A stretch of 63,976 nucleotides of DNA, the filler included, from Olpidium bornovanus S191 (lineage: Eukaryota; Fungi; Olpidiomycota), in the NCBI GenBank assembly GCA_017911155.1. It is 30 parts of 30 records of this genome, joined end to end, with 100 filler letters (N's around TTAATTAATTAA, not from the genome) between each part and the next. Parts side by side here need not be neighbours in the genome. Positions count along the whole stretch, not along the records: positions 23,946 to 25,775 come from JAEFCI010009326.1; positions 25,876 to 28,019 come from JAEFCI010012671.1; positions 28,120 to 29,229 come from JAEFCI010003716.1; positions 29,330 to 31,556 come from JAEFCI010013188.1; positions 31,657 to 34,541 come from JAEFCI010007835.1; positions 34,642 to 35,766 come from JAEFCI010007204.1; positions 35,867 to 38,907 come from JAEFCI010008116.1; 23 more parts are not named here. One strand, 5' to 3'. This document shows, in pieces, positions 23,946-36,257 of this stretch (its first letter is position 1; each line of letters opens with the position of its first letter). The position numbers and the translations under genes were made by a program. The notes beneath the pieces were generated by a model. It saw only the letters and a program-made list of their open reading frames with translations, did no database searches and was not told the DNA's origin.

Positions 23946-24360
23946 ATGCTAAGTTGGGCGGGCCTACCATGGGAGGATGGCTGTACGACAGATGAGCTTA
24001 TTGCGTTGCGGCTCAGGCAGCTAGAAAGACGGGAAGTCGACCTTGAACGGGCTAAGGAGCGACTGGGGAAAGAACGGGAAAAAGCAAAGGTGATGGTGGA
24101 CTCAGCCCGAACGACACGAGAACAAACCATTGAACCCGGAGAATGGGTCTTAGTGCGGAATGATCGAATATTCAACGAGTTTTGGACAGAGCGGAAGCTC
24201 TTGCCTCGGTGGTTTGGGCCCTATGTTGTGGACGAAGTAAACCGAGACACTCGAACTTACGTCCTTCGTGAGCTGGATGGAACCCCGTTAAAGACTCGAT
24301 ATTTGGGATACGGATCTGGCTGTTCCGCCATCGAACTGGTGAGATGCGAACTGAACCGAC
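23946..24360 (+). mobile_element. Ty3/gypsy integrase C-terminal region (fungal non-chromoviral type)
   Basis: TTDELIALRLRQL, GEWVLVRNDRI, RKLLPRWFGPYVV and YVLRELDG. Frameshifted near 24300. Confidence 0.85.
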
Positions 24361-24918
24361 CTAACTGGAGGCGGAGCTCAGCGAAGAAGACGAGTTTGGA
24401 CATGACGAAGAAGAAGCAGACCTGCGCTCAAGAATGCACGATTAACACACAACAAGCGTATTTGAACTACGAATGCCCTGATTCCTCTCGAGGATACGTA
24501 GGCAGTCTATGAACCGCGGGAAACCTCGGGGAGATGCGGGAGAGAAAAATGATCGATACAAAATGTTGGATCACCGCATTGCAACACGAGATAATGGAGG
24601 ACACACTTGGGACGTTTTCGACAATCGAACGGGACGGGGGGAGGTGGCGCTCCAGCGCTCTGGTCTCCGTGGGACAGGACCAACGAGGAACGAGACCCCA
24701 CATTCTGAGCTGGGAAAGTAAAGGGGAACAATACCACTGGGAGAATATGATCCAAAACTGCCGGTTCAAATTCCTGATTTGGGCCCTGATATTCCATGTG
24801 ACGGGAGAACCGTCGTATGGTGAATACCTGCTTGCAAAACGATAGCGAGTGACGGGGGAACAAAAAAGGTGGAGGGCGGAACAATGACAGTTACTCAAGC
24901 AAAGGAAGAGGACGGCAT

Positions 24919-25362
24919 CTACAAACTAGTAGGAGGATCTTCCCTCGCGGAAGATGGGAGGTGCCTGGGAGTGGGCGGGACAAGCAGCGAACTGCCGGTG
25001 GCAGGATTGGGCAGTGTGGTTGAGGGCGCAGCCGAAAGCGAAGTCGTTGCCGGAACAGTCACGCCGGTTCTAGATGCAGACGTTCTGCCAGGAGTCGCGT
25101 TGGACGACGAGATGGCTGGTGCTTGGACTACCAACGGTTGGGAGGATCCGGAGCTGGGGGTACCTACCGTTGACGGAACAGAGGCAGCGGGTTGCCCGGG
25201 TTGTGCAACAAACGCAGAACTAGATTCAACAACCGTTGACGTTGAAGCCGCCGCAGTGCGAGGGCGGGTCATGCGTCCGGCGGGGGACGGATTATCGGGG
25301 GGAGCAACAGAGGAACCAGACGGCGGCGCGAGGGCAGAAACCGACACGGTGTACTGCGGCAA
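24919..25362 (-). CDS. Ser/Thr/Pro-rich antisense ORF in the 3' region of the gypsy element
   Basis: Open frame to about 25455 with no stops. An upstream minus-strand CATAAATA lies near 25512-25519. Function unknown. Confidence 0.35.
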   Translation of the reverse strand: MPQYTVSVSALAPPSGSSVAPPDNPSPAGRMTRPRTAAASTSTVVESSSAFVAQPGQPAASVPSTVGTPSSGSSQPLVVQAPAISSSNATPGRTSASRTGVTVPATTSLSAAPSTTLPNPATGSSLLVPPTPRHLPSSAREDPPTSL

Positions 25363-26075
25363 GGTTAAGCGTCTATTCCTCTTCCTCGTCAGGTCTGAGC
25401 AAGGTGCTACAGGTAAGGTGACGACGGCTGACAGTGCAGTCGAAAGGGGAAGGTTAAGCTAAGTTAAAGTCAGATAGGGTTGAAGTCGAGCTACGGAGTG
25501 GAAGGGACGCTATTTATGCTCGTCGACGTCAAGCGGAGGGCAGTTCGACGGCAAAAGCCGTCCCTCGATGTCGCGTCTGTCGACGAAATGCGTCCGGTCC
25601 CTTCCTGCGCGGTTACCACGCGGGGCTCCGAGCTCTCGCGTGCGGTGGGGTGCGGGGGTAGTCGGGGGGGTGGTTATGGTTGGCGGGGGTTCCCACGTGT
25701 GGCGCTGGGGGGGGAAGGGGGCAAGGAGGGAAGCTCTTCGAATGGCAGACTTCGAGGGGGGAAGGGGGGAAGCGCNNNNNNNNNNNNNNNNNNNNNNNNN
25801 NNNNNNNNNNNNNNNNNNNTTAATTAATTAANNNNNNNNNNNNNNNNNNNNNNNNNNNNNNNNNNNNNNNNNNNNCGGCGGAGAGCGGCGGCGGCGAAAG
25901 GCGGCGGCGGCGAGCGGCGGCGGCGAGGGCGGCGGATGGCAGCTGGGGGGATGGCAGCTGCGCGGACGGCGCTGCGGGGACGGCGGAGAGCGGCGGAGCG
26001 GCGGGGATGGCAGCTGCTGGGACGGCGCTGCGGGGACGGCGCTGCGGGTGACGGCGGCGGGTGTCAGAGTCCGCT

Positions 26076-26187
26076 TGGGCTCATAACCTGTTTGAGAGGT
26101 TTCGCCGCGGTGGTGCGGCCTTTATTCAAAAGGGTATTTTACGCGTTATAGTACAGAACAAACATCATGGGGTTCTGACCAATAACA
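26076..26187 (-). mobile_element. 99-bp 5' LTR (26089-26187) plus primer-binding site (26076-26088), short-LTR family B
   Basis: The minus strand reads TGTTATTGG...CTATAAC...GAATAAA...CAAACA then GGTTATGAGCCCA, followed by a CCG-rich leader to the contig end. Confidence 0.88.
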
Positions 26188-26329
26188 CGCGTAAAGGGAA
26201 AGAGAAGATAAAGTAGAAGATACACTTAACATCATGGGCACCCCCCAACGAGCTACGCTGCCTGGTCGCCTTCGAGTCCGAAGCTTTCTCCATCAACGGG
26301 GCCAACTCTCGCAACATCGCAAGTGTGGG

Positions 26330-26684
26330 ACAGGTGTCATCGACAGGCACCATCTCAAGCAACTGGACATCCAGGCAAAACAATATTTCGCCAGCAGCTG
26401 TCATTGCATCGCGAGACACACCACTTCCTCCAGCCACAATAAATTTCGTAACTACTTACCTAGCATGTGCAAAAGAAAAAACTATTTTCCGGTCCTTTAC
26501 GTTGGAAGTCACCAACAGAAATTCCCGAGCTGCTCGCAAGACTTCAGGGACATTTGTGGACTGATCCACTCGCGCAGTGGGCCGTTCCGTTATGTTCTTG
26601 TTTTGGTGGATGCTTCAGGCAAGCTGTCTCATGTTACACTGTCACCAACAACAAATCTTGCACGTCCATACCTGCTGATATGCC
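26330..26684 (+). mobile_element. Degenerate Bianca-like Ty1/copia GAG-pre-integrase/integrase fragment
   Basis: Across frameshifts: GHPGKTIFRQ, LACAKEK, EIPELLARLQG-DICGLIH..SGPFRYVLVLVDASGKLSHV. Compare the plant Bianca motif GDICGPIHPPCGPFRYFMVLIDASTRWSHV. Confidence 0.75.
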
Positions 26685-26840
26685 TGTTTGCATTGCGGCT
26701 TTCTAGGAGGAATGCGGAGGGTGCTTTAAGGTATCCTTTGGGACGTAGCTCTGAGTTGTGCAGGCCGGGCCAGAGGGCCTGCCGAACAGCTAGTAGTATT
26801 TAAGCACCCATAAGGCACTCGCGCTATTATAGATAGTTAT

Positions 26841-26936
26841 TCCCGAACCATTAGGTTAGGGTCTACAGGAGTTTTTTTCGCTTTTCGCTGTAGCGTCACG
26901 CCACGCGACCGTAACACCCACGACACGTGACCGTAA
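26841..26936 (-). repeat. Dispersed CACGTG-rich repeat, inverted copy of 47314-47455
   Basis: The reverse complement of 26888-26915 matches 47401-47428 at 27/28 nt. GGTTCGGGA is also shared. Confidence 0.85.
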
Positions 26937-27116
26937 GCGCCCGTCCTTCTGCTGGGGACTCTGCCTCATGGGCAGGTGAACTATCTTCCCCAGCTCAGAG
27001 AGGTGTGAAATCTTCCCGTCGTTCCCAACTTGTCAAGAAGCAACGGAGGGAGCTGGAAATTAAAAGGAGGACTGGGTCAGTATATATTCGCAGCAGCTTC
27101 CAGGAGATTTTTCTGA

Positions 27117-27260
27117 GTACGTTGTCTGAGCGTCGGGTGGTCGTCATGGGCGGTTTCGCGATTCACCTTGATGAAACTGTGGCTGCCGTGGCCGCCGTGG
27201 CGTACGTTGTTTGAGCGTCGGGTGGTCGTCATGGGCGGTTTCGTGATTCACCTTGATGAA
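27117..27260. repeat. 59-bp direct repeat, period 85
   Basis: GTACGTTGT..AGCGTCGGGTGGTCGTCATGGGCGGTTTCG.GATTCACCTTGATGAA at 27117 and 27202, with 2 mismatches. Confidence 0.9.
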
Positions 27261-27342
27261 GCCGTGACCGCCAGAGCCGCCGATCGGGTCATCATTGATG
27301 GAAGGTGAGGGGAGCTCTCTATCTCCGTTTTTATCACTCTCA

Positions 27343-27385
<43 letters not shown>

Positions 27386-28559
27386 CGGCCTCGCGCGCGG
27401 CTCCCTTCTTTCTTTTTTTTTTTGCGGTTCACTCTCTCTCTCTGTCTCTTTTTCCCCTCTCTCTTGGCGGTATCGAGCGCCACCCCATTTTGCGGCCACT
27501 GACATACCTTTTTTCTTCTCTCTCTCGCTCTCTCTCCCTCTCTCTCCACGCCTTTCCTGTCCGGCGGAACATTTGGTGGAAAGTTACCGGCGGTTGTGTC
27601 TGAGACACTGTCAAAGTTTTTCCACAAACTCTAAATTTGTCTAAAACACCCGGGTGAAAACGACAGGAATGGGGCAACTTTGGCCGCTGCGGGTATTTTC
27701 CCGAGAAAACTCTCTCGAAACGGGCAAAAATGGTCTGGCCGGAGCAACGCCGCTATTTTCTCTCCCTCCTTCCTCCGTTGGCGGCAATGTGCGTACTGTA
27801 CTCGCATTTTTTTTTTTTTTTTTTTGTTTTTTCTTTCTTTTTTTCGCGCAGTCCCGGGCGTCTCTTTCCCTTTCCTCCATTGGCGGCATTGCGTGCGCGC
27901 GCATTTTTTTTTTTTTTTTTTTTTTTTCCTTCCGAAGGAGCGATCCCCCCATTCCCCCCTGTTTATCCCAAAACCCCCCCGTACACAACCCCCACCCCCA
28001 ACCCCCCACCCCCCCCCCCNNNNNNNNNNNNNNNNNNNNNNNNNNNNNNNNNNNNNNNNNNNNTTAATTAATTAANNNNNNNNNNNNNNNNNNNNNNNNN
28101 NNNNNNNNNNNNNNNNNNNCATGTATCTCAACAGCTTTCAACACGGTTTGAACGAAATTTGGAATTCTTATGTGCAGGGCTTAGACCAGCGTTCTGAAAC
28201 TTTTACAATCGGTCGCGGCAGAACGTACGGCTCTGCTTCGCTTTGGCCCAGTTGCGCAATTTCCAATGATAACAGTGTCGTTACCCCGGACTTCGCGAAG
28301 TGCCTAACCACAGCAGCCCTCCCTTCCCTCCCTCGAGACGCGTCGGTTCAAACCTCTACCATAAGCAACCCGAGTGCAACAAGGCGCAACGGATAATTCT
28401 CCGCACATGCTCGCCGGAACAGGGACTTGGGGAACCGCAGCGACCCGACCGCTCCGGGTGCCTCCCAAAGACAATCACGCTCAGTTTCATGCGAGCAGTT
28501 GTCCCGGTATAAGTTCCAGACTCCAACGTGCGCTGCCGTTGCAATGCGCATTTTCATTT

Positions 28560-29213
28560 TCAGAAGAAGCTGATCTCAGCGTCCATGTCACCCCCTGCCG
28601 CCGGCGCATCCAGGTCCTCGTAACTTCGCACTGCTCGCGGGTCCAAGGTAGTGCCCTCTGGCGGCGGCGGCAGCGGCGGCAGCGGCAGCGGCGGCGCTCT
28701 GGGTACACGAATCCCAACGGCGTGAAATGGGAGACATGTTCGTCAGTGCGGAAGGCAGAAGAACGCGAAACGCGGGAAAAAAAACTACAACACTTACCCT
28801 TTCCCTTCCATGCCTATCCGCCTAGGAGGACCGATCACCATGTGTCGGCTGCCCCTCCGAGGGTTCTCAGGAATAGCGAAACCAATCCTTGGTATCTGGT
28901 CGTGAGGTGTACCCATGGCGGCCGCGGCGAACGGGAACGCGAACGCTGCTGTTCGGCGGGAAGACAACCCCAGCTCCAGTTTTAGCATCCCATTGCCAGA
29001 CACGACGGCCAGAAAGTTCTCCCGCAATCTGAACAAGCACCGAATTTCCTTACCAGGTGGGATCAGAGGTGGGTATGGCATGAACATGCCGGGCGCGGGT
29101 GGCGGAGGCATGAGCGGCATCGGCTGCGGCGGCAGATGCAGTGCGTTCGGGTTCGGCTGTATCGACGGTGTTAGGTGGTTTGGATCCCGAATGTAGTTAT
29201 TGAAGTACGTCAA
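28560..29213 (-). CDS. SRRT: ARS2/Serrate (Pir2) RNA effector, C-terminal exons
   Basis: TYFNNYIRDPN and the terminal DPRAVRSYEDLDAP..ISFF* (human SRRT ends [20 protein letters not shown]). Three GT-AG-bounded exons. Confidence 0.85.
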
Positions 29214-31782
29214 CTGACAATATGCAAAANNNNNNNNNNNNNNNNNNNNNNNNNNNNNNNNNNNNNNNNNNNNTTAATTAATTAANNNNNNNNNNNNNNN
29301 NNNNNNNNNNNNNNNNNNNNNNNNNNNNNATAAACCTTTTTCGGACTGCGTCCTGCAGAATGTAAATTCCGCCACCGTGTAGCATCCTTGGCAAGTTCGT
29401 GTTTCGGCTAGCAACGTTTTTCCCGCAAACGCTTTGTGCTGTTGTGCATGGTTCTTCGAGTAGATACGCGTAAGCTTTTCGTTCCGTCGAGTAACAAATC
29501 AACTGATCATGCAGCTGGTAATGCTCGTGAACTAATGGGCAGTGCTTTATGATCGTTGGTCAGAGGTTACTCGGAGCGGTCTTGTCAGTCTCATATTCGC
29601 AGTATTCTCATAGAGTCATCGCTTCTTCCGCTTGATAACCGCCAACATAATCGGCCTGACTTGGGGTAGCAGGCAAAAGCTCGATGTTATAACATTAACA
29701 ATAAATACCACTTCACTATCAGTTACTAACCGGAACAAACTTTGAGGGGATTTCTACCGTGGTCTTTACCAAGGATGATCCCATATATACTTGAACTGTT
29801 ACCACCAGAAACGTTAGACGCCAGCCAAGGTGGGCCACTGAGGTCGCTGAGGTCCACAGCTCAAACCGCTTATTTCTGCTATTGATGCCAAAAGCGTTGG
29901 CCGTACATTCTGGCTTCTCTCATCCCGTAATTCCGTGCAAGTTTGCACATCCTATGAAAATTCGCAAAATTATCTGCGGTGGGAAGGTGTGTTTGAGGGG
30001 TGATAGGAATGGGGGATGCCGGCCACAAGCACGAATAAAAGCAGAGTTGCCTGATTTTCAGTCTTATTTATGACATGCAACTCACCAGAGGGGTCAAACT
30101 TGGCCCTGTGAGATCTGCTCCTATAGTTGCCCAGGCCGCATCACGAGGAATTTGCAAGCGTTCCAGTTTTCACAAAAACCATCTTCGTCATCACCCTGTC
30201 GTTTTTCAAAAGAATTACTGGCAAGGTTTTCACAGATCTTGTTTCACTTCAACTTGTCCTGGCCTCCTGTCCCGTTTTCTGTAATGGTTTTGTCTCTCCG
30301 AGAACCTCCCTTCGTCATCACAATATCACCACCAAGGTCCTTCAAAGTGTTCCAAATTTCTGCTTTTCAGCTCCCACAACACCCCGTTCCCAAAGGCGAG
30401 GGTGGGGTAGCCCCCTCGGGCTCCCTGAAATTGGCAAACTTTCTCTCCCTTGAGCAGCTGTGCTGTTGCTTGGTGTGAAGCCTTTGTGGTTTGGGTCGGA
30501 GAGCGTTGTGTGTTTGTTGTTTATTTTTTATTTATTTTATCGAGCGCCGGTGCGGGTTTACGTACTTATCGATTGGTCACGTGCTTACATTACATCGAAG
30601 GGGAGCGACATCGAACGGGCGCCACGTGGCATCAGTATCGATGCAATGGGGGCCGGCGTCGAAGGGAACCCGCACGGTATCGATATGAAGAGGTATCGAT
30701 TTCGATAAAGGGCGATCGATCCACTACGGCCAGCATTGCTGATCGATATGGAAAACAACTAACTTGCAAAAAGAAGGAACCGGACTGCCAAGACATCTTC
30801 TCTGGCTTTTCTTGCTCCAGGCTCTGCTTTCAATTCTGATTTTTTGGGGAGTGGGCGATTTACTTTCATATCCAGGGCCGACTAAGCTTCAAAAGCTAAA
30901 AACGAAAAAAACTCAAATGTAAAAACGGAACAAGCTTTAAAACAAATCAAGCGGTTGTGGTAAACTTGGCGCTGAACCACAAAGGGGCCGCGGTTTACGA
31001 AAAGGCTGGCCCACACGGAGAACGACTCGCCGTTTTGGAGGCCCCGGATTCCCGGGGGGGCAACCCCACGTGCGTAAAAACCACAGCCCCGACCCCGACC
31101 CCGGCTCCGGGGCGGGGGGAGGCCGGGGGCGACCCGTTGTCAGCGGGCAGTGGGTTTTGTGCGCGGAAGGCGGCCGTGCCGGTGGGGGATGGCGGGGGGG
31201 GGAGGGGGGGGCTAAACGCCAGGCGAATGGCAGCCACACGCAGGAAACAGGAACGGGCAGCGCAGGGCGGCCGTTACCGATTAACCCCCCGGCGGGCTTG
31301 AAAATCTGGCACGGGAATATCCACGCACGCAACGCAAAACGTAAAGACCGTGGAGGCTCGAACGCGGCAAGGGGGTGACTTTCTCTCCTTCACTATCGCA
31401 CGCCTGGCGCTACTGTTTTGAGTGGAGAGATAAAGAGAGAGAGAGAGATAAACTGTCTGCAGGGGGCCCTGGCAGCGAAAACGATGTTTCTGCCCTTTTT
31501 CCGCGTCTGTAAAAAACTCCTTGCTGCGGCGGTGAAAAACAAAAACAAAAAAAAAANNNNNNNNNNNNNNNNNNNNNNNNNNNNNNNNNNNNNNNNNNNN
31601 TTAATTAATTAANNNNNNNNNNNNNNNNNNNNNNNNNNNNNNNNNNNNNNNNNNNNAAGGATCCGTCCACCGACCGAGGCCTTGTCGAGTCTATCACCTG
31701 CGCGTCGCGGAGAAGTTCATCGAGCCGGTCACGCTCGCGGTGCGCCCCGGGCGAAAAACGGGCCCGAAATCACATGCGACAG

Positions 31783-33245
31783 TTAAACAAATTCCGCCCG
31801 CCCCGAACGAACCTCGTGTGCCGCGAGGCTGAGGTAAGCGTCCAGACCGGCCATGGCGACCATGTCGCTGTTGAGAACGCCTCCCCAGTCGGCCAGGAGC
31901 ACGCTGTTTGGCTTGGCCACTCGTGCGTTGAGGTAGCACGCCACAATTTCTCTCAGGCCGTACTGGTCCGTCAGCGAGCTCCTTCCTGATCCTTTCCTTG
32001 TGCCGCCGACGCCGCCGCCGCCTCGTCCCCGGCCCCGGCCGCGGTTTCCGAGGGCTGGTGGCCGCGTGCTCCGTACGTCCTCGGACTCAGTTATCCGAGC
32101 GTGCCCGTTGTGCTGTGCACGAACACCAACATCTACCGTGCCGTGCAACTCTAGGCCAACTCCGGCCAGTAAACGAGCGTCGTGGGCGATGTTGAACCCG
32201 ACTTTCTGGATCTGGCGGCAGCACAACATCTTGACGAGAAGCGGCGGATGAGAACTTTTGTGAACCTCGTCGGTCTCCTTTAACCACCTCTGCGGATCGC
32301 ACAGCATCCAAACGCAATCGGTACGGTCACGGGGTGAAGCGCGGCGGCCGTATGGGGGCAACACGGAGTTACCGACAGTGGGAGAAAATCCCAGCACACC
32401 TTTGACCCGGAATTCGCCGAATCGGCCGCGGCGCATCCTCGAGATGCTCTCGCGGAAGAATGTTCTTTTGAAACCGGGACGACGTTGGAGATTTGGTAGA
32501 CGAGGCACGCGTTCTGGGAAGACAGCTGAAGGACGTGTGGTCCGGTGCCCTCGGTGTCGAGCCCGAAGACGCCAGTGACGGCTTCCAGCCCAAAATCCTC
32601 CAGGACGGCGAGGCCGGCGACGTCGGGACGCAAGCGACGGGCGTCCGCAGAACGACTTTGGACAGACCGGGAAGGGCGGAAGAAGTGCTTCTTGAGGAAC
32701 TGGTCGCAGGACGCGGCGTCGCGGGCGTAGAAGCATTCGAAGCCGGGCGGGAAGGCGGCCGGGGCGAGCGGCAGGAAGAGCCTGCCGCACTGCTTGGCGG
32801 CGAAGGCCTGTAGATTCTCGTAAAATCGATCCGCTTTGGGGTCAGCAGCGAACTTCCTTAAGCGCAGGCGCCGGATAGCCTCGGCCGCCTCTTCCGGCGG
32901 CACCGGCGCCTGCGGCGGGTTCGGGTCCGCCCAGTCGTCCGCCGGGTCCCTGAAGCAGTACCTGTCAGGGTGCAGGCGGACCGTTCCGCGGCCGGCCTCC
33001 TTGTCGACCTCGAACAGCATCGGGAACGCGCCGATGAAGTCGGACATCTTTACCCCCAGCTCCTTCCACGCCGACGCCGACGAGGCCGCGGTGGTGCTGG
33101 AATACAGGTCGCTGAGTTCGTTGTACGTGAGCCCGTTGTCGTGGCAGAACTGCTCGTTGAGGAACCCGGCCAGCCGCTGCGCGTCGCGCCTGGCGCGGTC
33201 GTTGATCGAAGTGCCGGCGCCGGCGTCGGCGGCCGGGCTCCTCAT
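31783..33245 (-). CDS. DEDDy 3'-5' exonuclease (WRN/EXD/mut-7-like) with N-terminal OST-HTH/LOTUS-like segment
   Basis: ExoI FGLDTEG..VLQLSS, ExoII KVGFNIAHDARLL, then GLREIVACYL and ExoIII DW..MVAMAGLDA. The N-terminus reads LTYNELSDLY..KELGVKMSDFIGAFPMLFEV. Both ends are approximate. Confidence 0.75.
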
Positions 33246-34656
33246 GGCCGACCGCCCTTGTTCTGCGTCGCGTGTGGGGGTTGCCGCCGAGTCCCGTGGT
33301 GGGTCTGTTGGCCCCGGCGGGGTGACGCGGGGACGAACCCGGCAGAGCACCCGGGGAATGGAGTTTCCGAAGCTGGGGGAGCCCGGCCACTCAGAAAGAC
33401 CGCGGGCCGACGGCCCCGCGCCACCCGGTCTCCGCACGGAGGAGCGGCGGCGCAACGGCGGAGCTTCGCGGGGTGCGGGGAGCGGGGAGGGGGGTAAGGG
33501 GTGATGGGGGGAGGGAAGGGCGGTGCGCGGAGGCCCTTGCTTGTCCTGTGCAGCCGGCAAGGAAATCGCCCTGCTGGGGCGGTGCACGAGGGCGAGCGCC
33601 GTCGGACTCCAAAGATAAGTCGATTTTTGAAACGACTTGCCTCCCGCCGACCGGGCCAAACCTCAGGGCGCACAGCCGCCGCCTCGAGAGCGCTTATCAC
33701 ACCGGGTAAGGACCTCGCGGAGAGGTGCCCTCGTTCGCCCAGGAGCCGGGCGGGGGGAGCTTCAAGCGTTCTCGTGTCGGGCCCGCCTTTTTCCCACCCT
33801 GTGCCGGAAGGGGGAGCCCAGAAGAATCTGGGCGCGTTCGAGTACGAGAACCGACCCCTCACGCGGGGGGACACCGCCGCGCCTGCCGATCAACGACGAT
33901 GCTCCGCTCCAGGGAAAAGCGGTCCTCGCCCAGCTAAGGCCGGCACGAAACGTTAAAGAAACGCGCGGAGTTGAAGACGCCGTCGACCGAACAGGCGCCG
34001 TGACCGTAAGAAGCCGCACGTCGTAGAAAAAATCCTTGCGATCCGAAGACAAACGCCGGGAATTCTCCGGACACAGGCAGCCGGCCCGCCCCCCCCCCCC
34101 CCCCCCCCCCGCCGTCCCGTCTCTAATTGCGCAGATCACCGAGCGATCGTGACGACAAGCGTTCGATCCCATTTTTCCGTGGTGGGCCTTGCGCAGGAAA
34201 ACAAAAAACCGCGCGCTTTTTCGGCGTTCGGGAAATGAAAATTTTCTCAGGGTCGGTGTGCTGGGTGAGCCCGTTAGGGTGAAACCCAGTGTCTGGCGTG
34301 AAAAACGTCTGTCCGTTTGTCATCGAGCTCAGCCAATCAGAACGTTCCCCCCTTCCCCCCCCCTCCTCCACCCCTCCCGGTGCTGGGTGAGGGCTCCGGC
34401 CGCCCAGGTTCCGAAATTGAGGCTAGGATTCGCCTGCGGCTCACCACCAGTGCTGGGTGAGTCCACGCTTGATAGAATGGTTTCTGCGCTTCCGTCCGGT
34501 AGCAAAAAGACTAAAATTTTTTTGAATGTTTTGTATTCATGNNNNNNNNNNNNNNNNNNNNNNNNNNNNNNNNNNNNNNNNNNNNTTAATTAATTAANNN
34601 NNNNNNNNNNNNNNNNNNNNNNNNNNNNNNNNNNNNNNNNNCGGCATAAACACCAG

Positions 34657-35358
34657 CCACCCAATAGCCCTCATATTCCATTGCGCCTTCCGTCTGGCGG
34701 CCATACTTTTCTACCTGCTTGGCTCACTAATTATTAGCAATGACGTCTTCATCTTCGTCATGGTCGTCCTGCTGGTGGCATTCGACTTTTGGACCGTCAA
34801 AAACGTCACAGGCCGGCTGCTCGTCGGCCTTCGGTACTGGAACGACGTGAAAGAGGACGGGAACAGCGAATGGGTGTTTGAGAGTCGGGAGGTTGGTATT
34901 GCGAGGTCTTTGGCCGGCGTCCTGTGTTTGAACGACGATCCGTGGTCTCTGTTTCTTTACCCTCGCTGACATGCACAACCGTCGTTTATTAGCCGGGTCG
35001 CCCCTTGAATGCTGTTGATTCGCGCATTTTCTGGACGGTGCTTTATACCACCCCCGTCGTGTGGGCGGTCTTTGCTGTCTTCGCGTTCATAAAGTTCCAT
35101 GTCTTTTGGCTCCCCACCGTCGCCATCGCCCTGGCGCTGAGCTCGGCCAACCTCATCGGTTTCATGAAATGCGACCGCGACGCCAAGGCCAAGTGGGCAG
35201 GCCTCGCGGCCAACGCCGTCGGCGGGTCCGCCGCGGGCGGCGGCATCATGGGCACGATTTTCAGGACCGGCGTGTCCAACGCGTTGTCTGGATTCACCGG
35301 AGCAGGAGGAGGAGGAGGAGGGGGCGGTGCCCCGACGAACGCCGGCCCGGTGCGATGA
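34657..35358 (+). CDS. TVP23: Golgi membrane protein Tvp23 (partial)
   Basis: HPIALIFH, AFDFWTVKNVTGRLLVGLRYWN, EWVFESRE|, DSRIFW and ANLIGFMKCDRDAK. Intron 34892-34992. Confidence 0.95.
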
Positions 35359-35866
35359 GTCCGAACGATTGCCACTGTTTGGCAAATTCCTTGCGCATAC
35401 AAGTAATCGCGTTTACTTTCCAAGGTCTTTTTTTGGGGATGGGGGCCCAGTTGAGGGGGGCTGGGCGGATCATGCGAGTTGCAATCCTGTCTTAACCGAA
35501 CAAATTTTTGGCCGCGTGGAGTTCACCCCACCATTTGTCCTCAAAAAACGAGCAGTCTGTCACGCATGGCGCGCTCTGCTGCAACGCAGGCGCTTCTATG
35601 CCGCCCACAGCGCCCCCCGGTCATGACAGACCGATCCACACGGGTCATGATGGCATAAACTGGCGCCGGAATCCTGTTTGCTCGTCAAATCTTGACGGCG
35701 CGAGAGGAAAATAACAGCATTGGCAAGAAAAGGCCGTTCGCCCCCCCGAGGCAAGCAACCTTAGTANNNNNNNNNNNNNNNNNNNNNNNNNNNNNNNNNN
35801 NNNNNNNNNNTTAATTAATTAANNNNNNNNNNNNNNNNNNNNNNNNNNNNNNNNNNNNNNNNNNNN

Positions 35867-36005
35867 GCCGTGTCTGTCGTGGAGCAAGGGATCAGGGTCA
35901 GATATTTCCTCAATCGATCAACGACGAGGAGCACTGAGTCGAAGCCATGGCTCTTCGAAGGGGGCGCGAAGAAGTCCATGGCGAGGTCGGTGAAGCGCTG
36001 CTCCG
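35867..36005 (-). mobile_element. Ty3/gypsy integrase core fragment
   Basis: QRFTDLAMDFFAP.SKSHGFDSVLLVVDRLRKYLTLIPCSTTDT is a chromovirus-type rve N-terminus. Confidence 0.8.
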
Positions 36006-36257
36006 GTGGGGAGAAAAATGGTAGAAGGTGGGAGGGTGGATGCGCGGGGCAGTTGTTGCGCGCCAGAACGCGTCCGGCAAACTGTCCCCACGTCGCGCAG
36101 CACCACCATTAAAACCTTAACCCCCTCCCTTTCCCAAACCAACATACTGTCCGAAACGGGATGTATGACGACAGCTCCCCAGAGCACGATAAACGAGGCC
36201 CGCACAAAATAAAAAAACAAGAGCTGCCCGGCTTTTTTTTTTTTTTTTTTTTTTTTT

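Noticed and set aside
26076-26088. tRNA-Met-like sequence TGGGCTCATAACC
   Set aside because: Only 13 nt match and there is no cloverleaf. It is a retrotransposon primer-binding site, not a tRNA gene.
26851-26861. Telomere-like TTAGGTTAGGG, and GGGTAAGGG/GGGTGAGGG at 47328-47400
   Set aside because: Only one or two hexamers, embedded in a dispersed repeat, with no array.
29330-30440. Stop-interrupted frames suggesting a LINE or membrane-protein pseudogene
   Set aside because: No diagnostic RT, endonuclease or other motif could be read, and the stops may simply lie in introns.
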